Assembly: GCA_030648835.1 (NCBI GenBank)
Contig: JAUSGT010000002.1
Span: 309,458 to 373,457 of the forward strand
Direction of reading: 5' to 3'
Source: Candidatus Moraniibacteriota bacterium
GTDB lineage: Bacteria > Patescibacteriota > Minisyncoccia > Moranbacterales > UBA1568
DNA length: 64,000 nt
Shown piece after piece: positions 1-9,752 of the stretch. Made by a program: the position numbers and the translations under genes. Position 1 is the first letter of the stretch; every line of letters begins with the position of its first letter. Below the pieces are notes generated by a model. That model was not told where the DNA came from. It saw only the letters and a program-made list of their open reading frames with translations, and made no database searches.

Positions 1-389
1 TTCTCGTGCGACATCCATTTCCCGGTCCCGGTCTCATTGTTCGGATTGAAGGAGAAATTACGCGCGAGAAACTCGCTATGGCGCGGCAACTCGATGGTAT
101 CTACATCGAAGAACTGCGCCGATTCGGCCTTTATCATCTGGTTTGGCAAGCCGGTGTCGTGGTGACACTATCGGAGCATACCTATACGAAAGGGGATGAT
201 GCCGGTATGGGCGTCGTGGTGATCTATTGGGCAGTGTGGAGTGTCAACGGATTTACGGCTCAAGCCGCAGAACTGCCACATGAGTTCCATAAGGTGATTC
301 AGCGACGTTTCGGTAACGAGGTATCCGGTATCGGCGCGACGGCTTATCGTACATCCAACAAGCCCTATTCCACCATCGAGTGGGGTTAG
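1..389 (+). CDS. guaA: GMP synthase, C-terminal fragment; gene starts upstream of window
   Basis: C-terminal tail ...NEVSGIGATAYRTSNKPYSTIEWG matches the conserved GuaA C-terminus (..NEVKGI..V.YDIS.KPP.TIEWE); ORF runs off 5' edge. Confidence 0.7.
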   Translation, partial: LVRHPFPGPGLIVRIEGEITREKLAMARQLDGIYIEELRRFGLYHLVWQAGVVVTLSEHTYTKGDDAGMGVVVIYWAVWSVNGFTAQAAELPHEFHKVIQRRFGNEVSGIGATAYRTSNKPYSTIEWG

Positions 390-433
390 GAAACTATTTC
401 ATATTGAAGAAAGGAGAACAACAAGCTCAAGGG

Positions 434-479
434 GGATTCAGTCGCGCGAATGTGCGTGAGTGAATCCTTTTTCTTTTTG
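434..479 (+). terminator. Rho-independent terminator after guaA
   Basis: ggattca...tgaatcc stem followed by tttttctttttgt. Confidence 0.6.
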
Positions 480-598
480 TGTAATTTCGTTGACTGTCAG
501 GAGAACTTTTGCTAGTCTGAAATATGGTCTTTAAAAATTAGCAGTTTAAGGCTTATTTAAGCCTTACTTTTTTAACCGTTTTTCCAGAGGAGGTTGCG

Positions 599-1297
599 AT
601 GAGCAGAAAATCCAAGCTGAACCTTATACTGATAGCCTCTGGACGAGGAACGGACGCGACTGCCATTATGGCTGCCTGGAGGAACGGACGGATACCGGAA
701 GTCAGTAATATCATTCTGGTAAGTACGTGCGCGGAGGCTGAGTGTCTGGAGAGGGCGGCCGAACATGGTGTGAAAGCGATCACCTTGGTGCCGCCGAATA
801 ATCCTCTGACCTCCGAAGATATGCCAATCTATCAAGACGCCCTTGCGCAGGTTGTGAAAGAGCATGATGCTGACATGATTTTCCTCGTCGGCTGCAATGT
901 GATCATGCCACTTATTATGGGCGTGCCTATGTTCAATATTCATCCGGCACATACTATCCTGCATGGTGGTTACAGAATGCATGGTCTGAGGCCGCACCTG
1001 CATGTTCTTGCTGCGATTCAGGATGAAATCAGTCGCGGGATGAAAAAGCTCGGTCGGGATACGTTTTTTACCTACCCTACGGTGCACGAGGTAACAGAAG
1101 TGGTCGATGGCGGGCCGCCGTTGCTCCAGGTACCTGTCGAAATTCCTGAGGAAATAATTCGTTGGTACGATATTTCCAAAGTGGGTGCGGCCGAACTGCT
1201 GCAGAAGCACGTGTTGCCGTTCGAGTGGGAGATGCTGCCAAAGGCTGTCAGTCTGGCAGCTGGCCAAATACTTTCCGGAAGCCGTTCCATTCCGTAA
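599..1297 (+). CDS. purN: Phosphoribosylglycinamide formyltransferase
   Basis: LILIASGRGT N-terminal motif, NIHPA motif, TVHEVTEVVDGGP catalytic Asp region; position in pur cluster. Confidence 0.85.
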   Translation: MSRKSKLNLILIASGRGTDATAIMAAWRNGRIPEVSNIILVSTCAEAECLERAAEHGVKAITLVPPNNPLTSEDMPIYQDALAQVVKEHDADMIFLVGCNVIMPLIMGVPMFNIHPAHTILHGGYRMHGLRPHLHVLAAIQDEISRGMKKLGRDTFFTYPTVHEVTEVVDGGPPLLQVPVEIPEEIIRWYDISKVGAAELLQKHVLPFEWEMLPKAVSLAAGQILSGSRSIP

Positions 1298-1332
1298 TTT
1301 TTTCTGTGTAGTCAATCGAGAAGGAAATCACC

Positions 1333-1563
1333 ATGCAATTTGCAGTCACGAGAAAGCACAGCGAGAAGGGAGCGGTTCAGCTCGTCCGTATTTTGGATAC
1401 TGCAACTATGGAAGCGGCAGCGGCAGAGCTCAATATTCCGTTTGATCGTCTCCATGAGTGCATCGGCGTGAATGATGTGCCCTTCAAGCGTGGGTTTGCG
1501 GGGGACGGAGCCTGGGCATATCATGTCGCTCACATCGATGGAGTCGTTCCGGTCGTCGTCTGA
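1333..1563 (+). CDS. Hypothetical small protein between purN and purL
   Basis: 76-aa ORF with RBS-like context; no recognisable motif (does not resemble PurS). Confidence 0.3.
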   Translation: MQFAVTRKHSEKGAVQLVRILDTATMEAAAAELNIPFDRLHECIGVNDVPFKRGFAGDGAWAYHVAHIDGVVPVVV

Positions 1564-1819
1564 TCAGCTCCACCTAATTACAAGTTTTTTGTTTCAAATC
1601 TTTGCCGTTGGCCAACTGTATTATGAATACGGCCAGCGGTTTTTCTTTTTTGCCTATTTTAAGGCATTTTGATAGACTATCAGGTCCTGCTATGGCAGGT
1701 TTAGGCTCTTTGACAACTTGTATTCTAACAAAGAGCGACACAGCATTTTAGCTTGTGGAGGCCATTTCGACCTTCACGCAGTCTTTGTAATTTAGTGTAG
1801 TCAACCAGAGGAGAAAACC

Positions 1820-4564
1820 ATGATCATCACTCGAATCATCACCGTGCCGAACAAGCCGGGAGTGACTCCGGATATTTATCGAATCATCAATCTGGAAACG
1901 AACGAGCCTATTCTGGATGTCGCGGCGCTTCACTCATTGTTTTCCGATGGCATCACGACGCGCGTTGCGGAAGCGATGCCGTCCGATCCGTCAGTGAAAT
2001 TCAAGGAAGTGATGTATCAGAACGGCGTCATCGATCCGCAGGAAACGATGATTATCGAACTCTGCGCCAAGCGGGGCGTCACAGTCGACGCGGTGAAAGT
2101 GGGCTATCGGTATTATGGAAAACGTATGGATGGCCTGTATGTGAACAAGGCCGTGCATATCGCCTACACCGCAGAGCCACAGCTTTCGACGCTCAAACCG
2201 CGCGGGGTTCGTCAGGAGACGCAGTATTATGATCTCCGCGCGATGGGCGACGCAGAGCTCACACAGTTGAGCAAAAATCGTGAGCTGCATCTTTCGCTTT
2301 CGCAGATGAAGAAGTTGGTGCAGTTTCAGGGGAGACTCGGCCTCTTTGTAGTGTCCGACGTCTATCTGGAAACATTCGCCGCTTTTTGGAGCGAACACTG
2401 CTTCCATACTTTGTGGAAAGCACTCGGTCTGTTCCAGATGCTCAAGGATGCAACGGCGAAGATCAACAATCCCAATCTGTTGTCGGCGTTTATCGACAAT
2501 GCCGGCGTGTGGGATTTTTACGATGGGTTGGCTCTCCTGTTCAAACTCGAGACGCACAATTCTCCCACGCAGTCTGAGCCTTTCGGCGGACAGATGACAA
2601 AACTGGGTGGGGTTATTCGGGACATTCTGGAAAACGGTCTCGGAGCCAAACCGATCGGCAATGTGGAACTTACCGTCATCGGTGAGCGGGTTCGCAAGCG
2701 CTACCCGAAATTGGAAGGAGCCATGTCGGCGTCCGTGATAGCTCGGGAGACCGTGCGTGCCATTGCTGGTTACGGAAACCCGATGGGTATTCCGATGGAT
2801 TTGGCGCGTATGATGAATCACCCGGACTATAGCGGCAAGCCGTTCGCGTTGGGCGGCACTGTCGGTATTACGACCCATGCCGCGGCGAAAAAAGGTACGC
2901 CGCACAAAGGCGACTTGGTAGTACTCGTCGGCGGACGAACCGGCAATGACGGATTGCACGGAGCGACTATCAGTTCTGGCGGGATCACCGAAAAAACCGA
3001 TACCGGAGACAGCACGCATGTGCAAATCGGTCTCCCGTATACGGAACAAAAAATGATGCGGGCCGGAGTCGCGCTCCGTGACGCGGGATGCTGCAGCGCG
3101 CGCAATGACTTTGGCGCGGCCGGAATCGTGTCGTGTTTTGGTGAAATGGGCAAGGGTACCGATGGAGTGGGTGGCATTATCGTCAATCTCGCCCTGGTAC
3201 CGCTCAAATGCGCCGATATGGCACGTTGGCAGATCGCTCTCTCCGAAAGCCAGGAGCGGTTCGGTCATGCGGTAAAGCCGGAAAAATACGCTGAGGCCAT
3301 GGCTATTTACGAAAAGTACGGGCTGGAAGCGACAGTCATCGGTGTGTTTACCGACAGCGGCCGATTCCAGATGTTCTCTGATCCCGGCGTCGTTCCTAGC
3401 GTCGGTATGCAGCTGTCCGGAGAAATCGATTTGGATGTGCCGTATGCGTATTTTGACGAGTGTCCCTTGCCTTCAGTCGAGGTACGGGCGCCGGCAGAGA
3501 AGACGCAGATGGCAACATACCCGGAAATCACGCTTGGGAATGTGGAAGCAATGGGACTCGCAGTCGTTGGACACTTTGATGTCTGCGATCAATCCTCGGC
3601 GACGACACAGTATGATTCCACAGTGCAGGGCATCACGTATCAGGGCCCGCTTTACGGAGAAAATTACAACGTTGCTTCGTCACTTGCGGTTCTCCGTCCG
3701 GTGTTCGGGAAACCTTACGGCGCTACGGTCAGTATCAGTTTTTCACCGTGGCATTTCGAAGCGGATCCGGTCAGCGCGGCCGTCAATACCATGATGGACG
3801 CGATCGCGACCCAAGTGGTAGCCGGTGTGCAATTGCAAGACATCGCGCTGGCTGACAACTTCTATACCGATGGTGCTGATCCGGTGTCGCTGTGGTATTT
3901 GAGGGAACAAGTGAAGGCGCTTGTTGACCTTTCACTTGCTACCGGGACGCCGTTCATTACCGGCAAAGACAGTTCGGCAGGGCGCGGGACATTCGGTGGC
4001 GTTATCGTCAAAGTACCGCCGAGTGTTGCCATTACCGCTTTGGGCAAAGTGTCTGATGCGCGCCGGCTGGTTTTGCATCGGTGGAAAGGGGTAGGCAATA
4101 TACTCGTCGCTTTGGGATCGCACGCTACGCGTCTCGATGGGTCAATTCTCTCTTCGAGCCTGGGCATTACCGGGACGAAGTTGGACCGGTTTCCTATCGA
4201 AGAAGCGCAGTGTTACCTGGAGGGGATAGGAAGATTGGCGCGTCAAGGCGTTTTCATATCGGCTGTGCCAATCAACCGGGGTGGAATTTTCCTTCGTTTA
4301 TTCGAAGGCATCGAAGCTTCGGGGTTCGGATTCGAAGCGGAGATATGTACCGAACTCTTTCCGGAAAGTTTGGGAGGGGTGCTGGTGGAAGTTTCGCTGG
4401 ATGCATTGCAGACTTATCGGGGTTTTCCGGAACTCAACCCGCGAGTGGTGGGTACCATTTTGCCGGAGCGGAGGTTCGTGGTTCAAGGGAAAGTTCTCAA
4501 TCTCAATCTGCTCCGTCAAGCGTGGCAGGGTACATTCAAGGAGGTGCTTTATGGCAACACGTAG
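1820..4564 (+). CDS. purL: FGAM synthase PurL, apparently with N-terminal PurS-like domain (PurS-PurL fusion)
   Basis: 914 aa; N-terminus MIITRIITVPNKPGVTPD resembles the PurS beta1/VLDPQG motif; PurM-superfamily motifs (GNDGLHGATISSG) follow; next gene is purQ. Confidence 0.85.
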   Translation: MIITRIITVPNKPGVTPDIYRIINLETNEPILDVAALHSLFSDGITTRVAEAMPSDPSVKFKEVMYQNGVIDPQETMIIELCAKRGVTVDAVKVGYRYYGKRMDGLYVNKAVHIAYTAEPQLSTLKPRGVRQETQYYDLRAMGDAELTQLSKNRELHLSLSQMKKLVQFQGRLGLFVVSDVYLETFAAFWSEHCFHTLWKALGLFQMLKDATAKINNPNLLSAFIDNAGVWDFYDGLALLFKLETHNSPTQSEPFGGQMTKLGGVIRDILENGLGAKPIGNVELTVIGERVRKRYPKLEGAMSASVIARETVRAIAGYGNPMGIPMDLARMMNHPDYSGKPFALGGTVGITTHAAAKKGTPHKGDLVVLVGGRTGNDGLHGATISSGGITEKTDTGDSTHVQIGLPYTEQKMMRAGVALRDAGCCSARNDFGAAGIVSCFGEMGKGTDGVGGIIVNLALVPLKCADMARWQIALSESQERFGHAVKPEKYAEAMAIYEKYGLEATVIGVFTDSGRFQMFSDPGVVPSVGMQLSGEIDLDVPYAYFDECPLPSVEVRAPAEKTQMATYPEITLGNVEAMGLAVVGHFDVCDQSSATTQYDSTVQGITYQGPLYGENYNVASSLAVLRPVFGKPYGATVSISFSPWHFEADPVSAAVNTMMDAIATQVVAGVQLQDIALADNFYTDGADPVSLWYLREQVKALVDLSLATGTPFITGKDSSAGRGTFGGVIVKVPPSVAITALGKVSDARRLVLHRWKGVGNILVALGSHATRLDGSILSSSLGITGTKLDRFPIEEAQCYLEGIGRLARQGVFISAVPINRGGIFLRLFEGIEASGFGFEAEICTELFPESLGGVLVEVSLDALQTYRGFPELNPRVVGTILPERRFVVQGKVLNLNLLRQAWQGTFKEVLYGNT

Positions 4565-5195
4565 AAGGGTGAGCGTGCTCTATGCGCCCGGAACCAACAC
4601 GGAGATAGAAACGATGGAAGCGCTTCGGCTCGCCGGCGGTGATCCTTACCTGGTTTTTTTGAAGGATATCATCAAAGGCAAAGTGCGGATTACGGACTGC
4701 AGCTGTTTCGTCGTCCCGGGTGGGTTCTCGTATGGGGACTATCCCGACACCGGCGTGGCAGTCGCGGAACTACTTCGTGAGCACCTTACTCTTCTCGCTG
4801 ACTCGGGAATTCCGATTATCGGGATTTGTAACGGTATGCAAACTTTGATTCGCGCCGGGGTGTTCTTCGGGTCAGGGCTGGCGATGGCCGAGAACGAGTC
4901 GGGTGATTTTGTCAGTCGGCCAGTTCTCCACCGTGTCGAAGATGCGGACTGTGTGTGGACTCGGGGGTTAGAGGGGCGAGTACTTGTCTTCCCCGCTGCT
5001 CACCGGTTTGGCAAGCTCGAAGGCACGGGCAGGGTGAACGTCGTTATGACGTATGAAGGCGCATCGCCGAGCGGGAGCAAAGTCGCGGCAATTTGCGACG
5101 ATACCGGCAGGGTGATGGCCATGATGGATCATCCGGAACGGCCGCCGGACAGCGAGCAAGGTCTTGCGATTTTTCGCAACGGTCTCACCGCCTGA
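4551..5195 (+). CDS. purQ: FGAM synthase glutaminase subunit
   Basis: Start ATG overlaps purL stop (MATRRRVSVLYAPGTN...); class I GATase with GICNGMQ nucleophile Cys motif and HPER near C-terminus. Confidence 0.85.
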   Translation: MATRRRVSVLYAPGTNTEIETMEALRLAGGDPYLVFLKDIIKGKVRITDCSCFVVPGGFSYGDYPDTGVAVAELLREHLTLLADSGIPIIGICNGMQTLIRAGVFFGSGLAMAENESGDFVSRPVLHRVEDADCVWTRGLEGRVLVFPAAHRFGKLEGTGRVNVVMTYEGASPSGSKVAAICDDTGRVMAMMDHPERPPDSEQGLAIFRNGLTA

Positions 5196-5226
5196 AACAG
5201 GAGGTAAAGAAAGGAGACAAACGAAG

Positions 5227-5266
5227 CCCTGCCGGTCAACTGACCAGCAGGGTTTCTTCATTTTTA
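5227..5266 (+). terminator. Rho-independent terminator after purQ
   Basis: ccctgc-loop-gcaggg hairpin followed by tttcttcatttttat. Confidence 0.6.
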
Positions 5267-5375
5267 TACATAAATTTGCCTATTTAAAGCTCTTCTGATA
5301 GGGTTTAGTCACAGGAGGCTGGGTCAGCGTACCTAGTCGTTTTTTAACAGAATTGCTTATAAAAGAGGTGATGAG

Positions 5376-6545
5376 ATGGCTGATTTTGTGCGTCCTCAGG
5401 CTGACCTGTACAAACAAGACGGAGTGAATGTCCCTCTCGGTGACATTTTCAGCAAGTTTTCCGGTACCTTGTGCCAGCAAACCTATCGGAACTGTCCGCA
5501 TCTCGTTGTTCATGATCTTTCGGATGGTCTTTTCCGCGGCCCGCGTTTTTTTGAGTCGATAGGGTTGCCGACCGGAACAGGTTTTCATCTGGCGCCCGAT
5601 GGAATCGGTACCAAGCAGATCATTACGGATGCCGCCTTTCGCCACAAGCACTCGGCGCGCGATTGGGTCGCAATGTGCGCTGGCGATGTGACGCGCTATG
5701 GGGGAAATCCTGCCTTGCTCGTCAATGACTTGAGCGTCAAGTCACTTGGCGCTGATGAAGAATCCTCGACTTTCCATGCTGCCTGCAAGCTTATGCTCGG
5801 TCTCAAGGAAGTGGCTGATGAGAACGGTTATGTGATGTACAACGGTGAGACAGCAGAGCTGGGGCCGTGCATCTCTTCGGACAACCTACAGGCTACTCTG
5901 ATGTACATCTGGTCCGGAATAGTGTTTGGGTTTTTCAACCGGAAGAACGCCATTACCGGGAAAGATGTCAGGGTAGGACAAAAGATCGTTGCATTGCGGG
6001 AATTTGGCCCGCGGAGCAATGGTGGTTCAAGTATGCGCAAAGCGTTCAATATGCGGTTTGGCAGCAACTGGTATGCGGAAAACGAGGCCCAAGCGTACAT
6101 TCAGAAGGCAGCTGAGCCGTCAGCTCTCTATGATAACTTCCTTGCCTACATGAATGGCTGGTCTTCGGATGACCTGTCCCCAATCGTGAAATCGTCGCTC
6201 ATCGTCCATCTGACAGGAGGGTCATTTCGTGGGAAGTTCTATGAAGACTTTCTAAAGCGTCATGGCTTTTCGGCCGTGCTTGACGACCTTTACGATCCGC
6301 CGGAAATCCTGCAGTTGTGTGGTAACTGGCGTGGTTTCGATTCGGCTGGCTTTTATGACACTTTCCACGGCGGTCAGGGGGTCATCGTTGTGATGGATAA
6401 GGAAGATGTCAGCGGGTATATTCGTTCTGCAATTGCAGCGGGACATGAGGCCAAGGAGTGCGGCGAAATTACAGACCGTTCTGGGGAGCCTCAACTCATC
6501 ATTGACTCCAAATTCAAGAAGGGAGAAACGGTAACGATTCCATAG
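5376..6545 (+). CDS. purM: Phosphoribosylformylglycinamidine cyclo-ligase (AIR synthase)
   Basis: N-terminal YKQDGVNVPLGD and DGIGTK motif. Confidence 0.85.
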   Translation: MADFVRPQADLYKQDGVNVPLGDIFSKFSGTLCQQTYRNCPHLVVHDLSDGLFRGPRFFESIGLPTGTGFHLAPDGIGTKQIITDAAFRHKHSARDWVAMCAGDVTRYGGNPALLVNDLSVKSLGADEESSTFHAACKLMLGLKEVADENGYVMYNGETAELGPCISSDNLQATLMYIWSGIVFGFFNRKNAITGKDVRVGQKIVALREFGPRSNGGSSMRKAFNMRFGSNWYAENEAQAYIQKAAEPSALYDNFLAYMNGWSSDDLSPIVKSSLIVHLTGGSFRGKFYEDFLKRHGFSAVLDDLYDPPEILQLCGNWRGFDSAGFYDTFHGGQGVIVVMDKEDVSGYIRSAIAAGHEAKECGEITDRSGEPQLIIDSKFKKGETVTIP

Positions 6546-6564
6546 CGGTGGCAACATTGCGGTG

Positions 6565-6618
6565 CGCTCGGTCTTGGCTGATAGTAACATCATCAGTCGG
6601 GGCCGAGCGATTTTTTTA
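6565..6618 (+). terminator. Rho-independent terminator after purM
   Basis: cgctcgg ... ccgagcg stem followed by atttttttat. Confidence 0.55.
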
Positions 6619-6695
6619 TCCACCATTTATTTTCTTGACAAGCTTTTAAGGCAGATGTATTATTCACTATGTAAGTAGGGTAAACTGTATTATTA

Positions 6696-6718
6696 CGATA
6701 TGTAGATGTTACATATCG
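6696..6718 (+). promoter_or_regulatory. Candidate LexA operator (palindrome CGATATGTA-N5-TACATATCG) upstream of lexA
   Basis: Perfect 9-bp inverted repeat 19 bp upstream of the lexA start codon; TGT-N7-ACA core. Confidence 0.4.
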
Positions 6719-6736
6719 CTGTAAACACAAAAGCAT

Positions 6737-7387
6737 ATGCAAATTTTAACTCAGAAGCAGAAGATCGTCTTGCAGGCGATCAAGACGTATTTTACCGAGA
6801 ACGGTGTAATGCCGACGGTGCGGGAAATCAAGAGCGAGACGGGAAAACTCGGGCTCAAATTGAAGAGCCTGCGTAGCTTTTTTCTCTATTTGAACGCGCT
6901 CGAGGACAAGGGGTACATCGAGCGGACGAGCGAGGACAGAGGGATACTTTTGAAGGGCGTGAATGCGGATACGTTCATCCAGGTGCCGGTGTTTGGCGCA
7001 TCGAGCGCGGGCGCGGCGACGATGTTTGCCGACCAGTACATCGAGGGTTATCTCAGGGTGTCCAAGCGTTTGGTAAAAGATCGAAACGTTTTTGCGGTGC
7101 AAGTCTCCGGGACGTCGATGAACAAGGCGAAAGTGAATGGAAAAACCATTCAGAGCGGGGATTTCATTTTGGTGGACGCGCAGACGAAGGAATATCGGAA
7201 TGGCGACCGTGTTCTCGTGGTGATCGATGGATTGGCGACGGTGAAGACGTATCGATCGCTCGATGGCAAGATGATTGCCTTGCTTCCGGAATCCACGGAC
7301 AAGATACACAAACCGATTTTTCTCACTCCCGAAGACAATTTTGTCATCAACGGCAGGGTAATCGATGTGCTCAAAATGCCGAGATAG
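6737..7387 (+). CDS. lexA: LexA repressor (S24 peptidase, winged-HTH N-terminus)
   Basis: N-terminal MPTVREI HTH region; VFGASSAG cleavage-site region; GTSM Ser nucleophile; ATVKTY Lys. Confidence 0.8.
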   Translation: MQILTQKQKIVLQAIKTYFTENGVMPTVREIKSETGKLGLKLKSLRSFFLYLNALEDKGYIERTSEDRGILLKGVNADTFIQVPVFGASSAGAATMFADQYIEGYLRVSKRLVKDRNVFAVQVSGTSMNKAKVNGKTIQSGDFILVDAQTKEYRNGDRVLVVIDGLATVKTYRSLDGKMIALLPESTDKIHKPIFLTPEDNFVINGRVIDVLKMPR

Positions 7388-7578
7388 AGCATGATTGAAC
7401 GTGGATAATTATGGCTTATAATAGCCTTTAAATTATTTTTCTCTTGCTTATTTCTTAAAAGCACTTTTATTTTGATGTATAATGAGGGTGTATAAAAAGG
7501 AATAAATCACGCAGTAAGAGTCTGCTAAAACAGGCTCCAGGGTCGATACCGGCGTTTTAAAAAATAAATGTAAAACAT

Positions 7579-7794
7579 ATGAAATTACACAATGTCACTT
7601 TTATCCTTCTGGTGGTAGGGGGACTCAATTGGTTAGCAGTAGGTTTGTTTAATTGGGATATCAGCGCAGTGCTCGGTGGTCCGGCATCGCTCGTTTCCAA
7701 AGCAGTCTACGTGCTTGTCGGCCTCTCAGCTGTTTATGAGGTGGTAGCTCATAAGGAGAACTGCAAGGCTTGTACATCGGCACCGTCGGTGTAG
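7579..7794 (+). CDS. DUF378-family small membrane protein
   Basis: VGGLNWLAVGLFNWD motif typical of DUF378. Confidence 0.6.
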   Translation: MKLHNVTFILLVVGGLNWLAVGLFNWDISAVLGGPASLVSKAVYVLVGLSAVYEVVAHKENCKACTSAPSV

Positions 7795-7932
7795 TACGAT
7801 TTTCTTTACAGAAAACACCCTGAGCCTGTTCACCTTGGTGAAAGCCTTAGCGAGACAGGTCGAAGGGTGTTTTGTTTTTGACGAAGAGACGGATTTGTGG
7901 GAGGCTGAAGGGGGTAAAGAATAAGGAACACT

Positions 7933-8460
7933 ATGGCATATCTCACTACTCCACAGCTTATATTCCCGGTGGAACAGTATAAGGTAAACGGCGTACCTTT
8001 TGGCAAGCGCTCTGTTTATGAAGGCGTTTTATGGGGTTTGCACCTCGGTGAGGACTGCGAGCTGCCGGCAGGCACCGATGTGCGTTCTTGTGGTCGCGGC
8101 AGGGTGGTATATTCGGCTCTTCATCCCGGGACGAAGGAGAAGGGCAATTGGGGGCATATTATCATCATCCGTCACAAACATATCAAAACGCGTAAGACAT
8201 TCTATTCCGTTTACGCCCATCTTGGGACGTGTTTCAAGCGTATCAATGATAGAGTGGAACTGGGCGAGCCACTGGGATTCATCGGTGAAGGCAATACTCC
8301 GGAAAACGGGTTTTGGGATGCCCATTTGCACTTCGCTATCTATGTTGGGCCTTGGAAAAACGAGGTATTGCCCGGGTACTGGAAAGAAGGGGAAAAACGC
8401 ACGCGTCCGGAGTGGTGGCGAAGCCCCAGCGAATTTATTAACAACTACAAAAATCTGTAG
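7933..8460 (+). CDS. M23 family metallopeptidase
   Basis: HLGEDCELPAGTDV (HxxxD) and HLHFAI (HxH) motifs. Confidence 0.6.
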   Translation: MAYLTTPQLIFPVEQYKVNGVPFGKRSVYEGVLWGLHLGEDCELPAGTDVRSCGRGRVVYSALHPGTKEKGNWGHIIIIRHKHIKTRKTFYSVYAHLGTCFKRINDRVELGEPLGFIGEGNTPENGFWDAHLHFAIYVGPWKNEVLPGYWKEGEKRTRPEWWRSPSEFINNYKNL

Positions 8461-8478
8461 TGGTGAAATGATATTAGG

Positions 8479-8643
8479 GTGTGCGCTCGGAGGGGATCTC
8501 CCTCGACTAAACTTTTGTCGTCACAAAAGTTTGTCTGGGCGCCGCTTCGTGATTTCGTCTGTTGACGAAATAACACTTCAGCGTTCGATTCCCTACGTAC
8601 GCCAAGCAGTTGGCGTACTCCTCGTGTGCGCTCGGAGGGGATC
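8479..8643 (-). mobile_element. tRNA-linked mini-insertion (family A): 20-bp direct repeat of the tRNA-Arg 3' end (8479-8498 and 8624-8643) flanking a 125-bp element
   Basis: gtgtgcgctcggaggggatc occurs twice; internal hairpin tcgactaaacttttgtcgtcacaaaagtttgtct; same family as 30.8 kb and 33.8 kb copies. Confidence 0.6.
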
Positions 8644-8700
8644 GAACCCCCGACCCTCTGGTTCGAAGCCAGATGCTCTAATCCACTGAGCTACGAGCGC
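8627..8700 (-). tRNA. tRNA-Arg (anticodon UCG)
   Basis: Cloverleaf: acceptor gcgctcg/cgagcgc, anticodon loop cttcgaa, T-arm ggttcgatcc; CCA not encoded. Confidence 0.8.
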
Positions 8701-8794
8701 AGATACAATACTTTTACCCTACTTTAAATACCACTCCACGTCAACAAGAGAATGGTGTATACTGGAAGCACTTTTAAGCACTAACTTTTTCAAT

Positions 8795-9562
8795 ATGACA
8801 GAGGAACAAATGAAGCAGATGAAGAGTGTGGCAGTCGTTGTGTTGGCGCTCTCGGCGGTTATTTATGTTTATCACTATGGGCGTTCCATTGATCAGGCAT
8901 ATCCGAACAAAACTTTTTCCGTTGATGGCGAGGCCAAAATGGAAACGGCTACCAATATTGCGACATTTACGGCGAGCGTCGTGACGGAAGGTGGAAAAAA
9001 TGTGGCTGATGTTCAGAAACAGAATGTGGACAAGATGAATACTATCAATGCTTTTTTGCAGGAGAAGGGTGTTGAGAAAAAAGACTTGCAGACGAGCCAG
9101 TATTCTCTGACACCGCGTTACACATATTTCCCTTGTGATGGTCGCAGTATTTGTCCGCCGGCGGTTATTTCCGGGTACACGTTGACCCAGACACTCTCTG
9201 TCAAAGTGCGCAATTTGGAATCAGTCGGTGATATCCTTTCGGGTATCGTGGAGAAGGGTGCCAACAATGTTTCTGGTATCAGTTTCACGGTAGATGACGA
9301 TACGGATGCGAAACAAGCGGCGCGGACGGAGGCTATAGCCAAAGCCAAGCTGAAGGCTGAGCAAATCGCCAAAGCCGGAAACTTTCGGATCGGAAAACTT
9401 GTTTCTTTGTATGAGGACTCCGGTGTCACTCCGGATGCCCCGACCGGTTATGGAGGCTTGGGCGGTGTCGCTATTGATGCCAAGTCGGTAGCTCCGGTAA
9501 TCGAGCCCGGTACTGCGATTGGCACGGTGCATATGAATCTCACCTACGAGATTATCAATTAA
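8795..9562 (+). CDS. SIMPL/DUF541 domain protein with N-terminal TM anchor
   Basis: Signal-anchor then SIMPL-like layout (FSVDGEAKMETATNIATFTASVV..., C-terminal GTAIGTVHMNLTYEI). Confidence 0.55.
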   Translation: MTEEQMKQMKSVAVVVLALSAVIYVYHYGRSIDQAYPNKTFSVDGEAKMETATNIATFTASVVTEGGKNVADVQKQNVDKMNTINAFLQEKGVEKKDLQTSQYSLTPRYTYFPCDGRSICPPAVISGYTLTQTLSVKVRNLESVGDILSGIVEKGANNVSGISFTVDDDTDAKQAARTEAIAKAKLKAEQIAKAGNFRIGKLVSLYEDSGVTPDAPTGYGGLGGVAIDAKSVAPVIEPGTAIGTVHMNLTYEIIN

Positions 9563-9752
9563 TCTTATATCAAGTTGTATTGACTGGTTGTAGGTCATTT
9601 GATATGCTACGACCACTGTTTGAAGTATCCTTCAAACGAGTTCTTTTTTTTGGGCACATAGCTTCCGCCCAAGGCGGACCAGCCTTGGGCTGGCAGTTGG
9701 TAGGTGTATATAATCTCGGATTCTTAAGTTATTTTTTGAAGTATAAGAATTT

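Noticed and set aside
390-598. Possible purine/ZTP riboswitch upstream of purN
   Set aside because: The intergenic 208 nt contains a terminator hairpin and a second small hairpin, but I could not recognise purine-riboswitch or ZTP (pfl) consensus elements. Not called.
572-1315. 247-aa minus-strand ORF overlapping purN
   Set aside because: Antisense to purN, which has clear catalytic motifs; no motifs of its own.
1991-3268. 425-aa minus-strand ORF (and several 60-160 aa ORFs) inside purL
   Set aside because: Entirely antisense to a well-supported purL reading frame with strong motif content; typical spurious ORF in GC-moderate DNA.
4281-4550. Upstream extension of purQ ORF (track start 4281)
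   Set aside because: Overlaps purL; the MATRRRVSV start at 4551 overlapping the purL stop is the natural coupled start.
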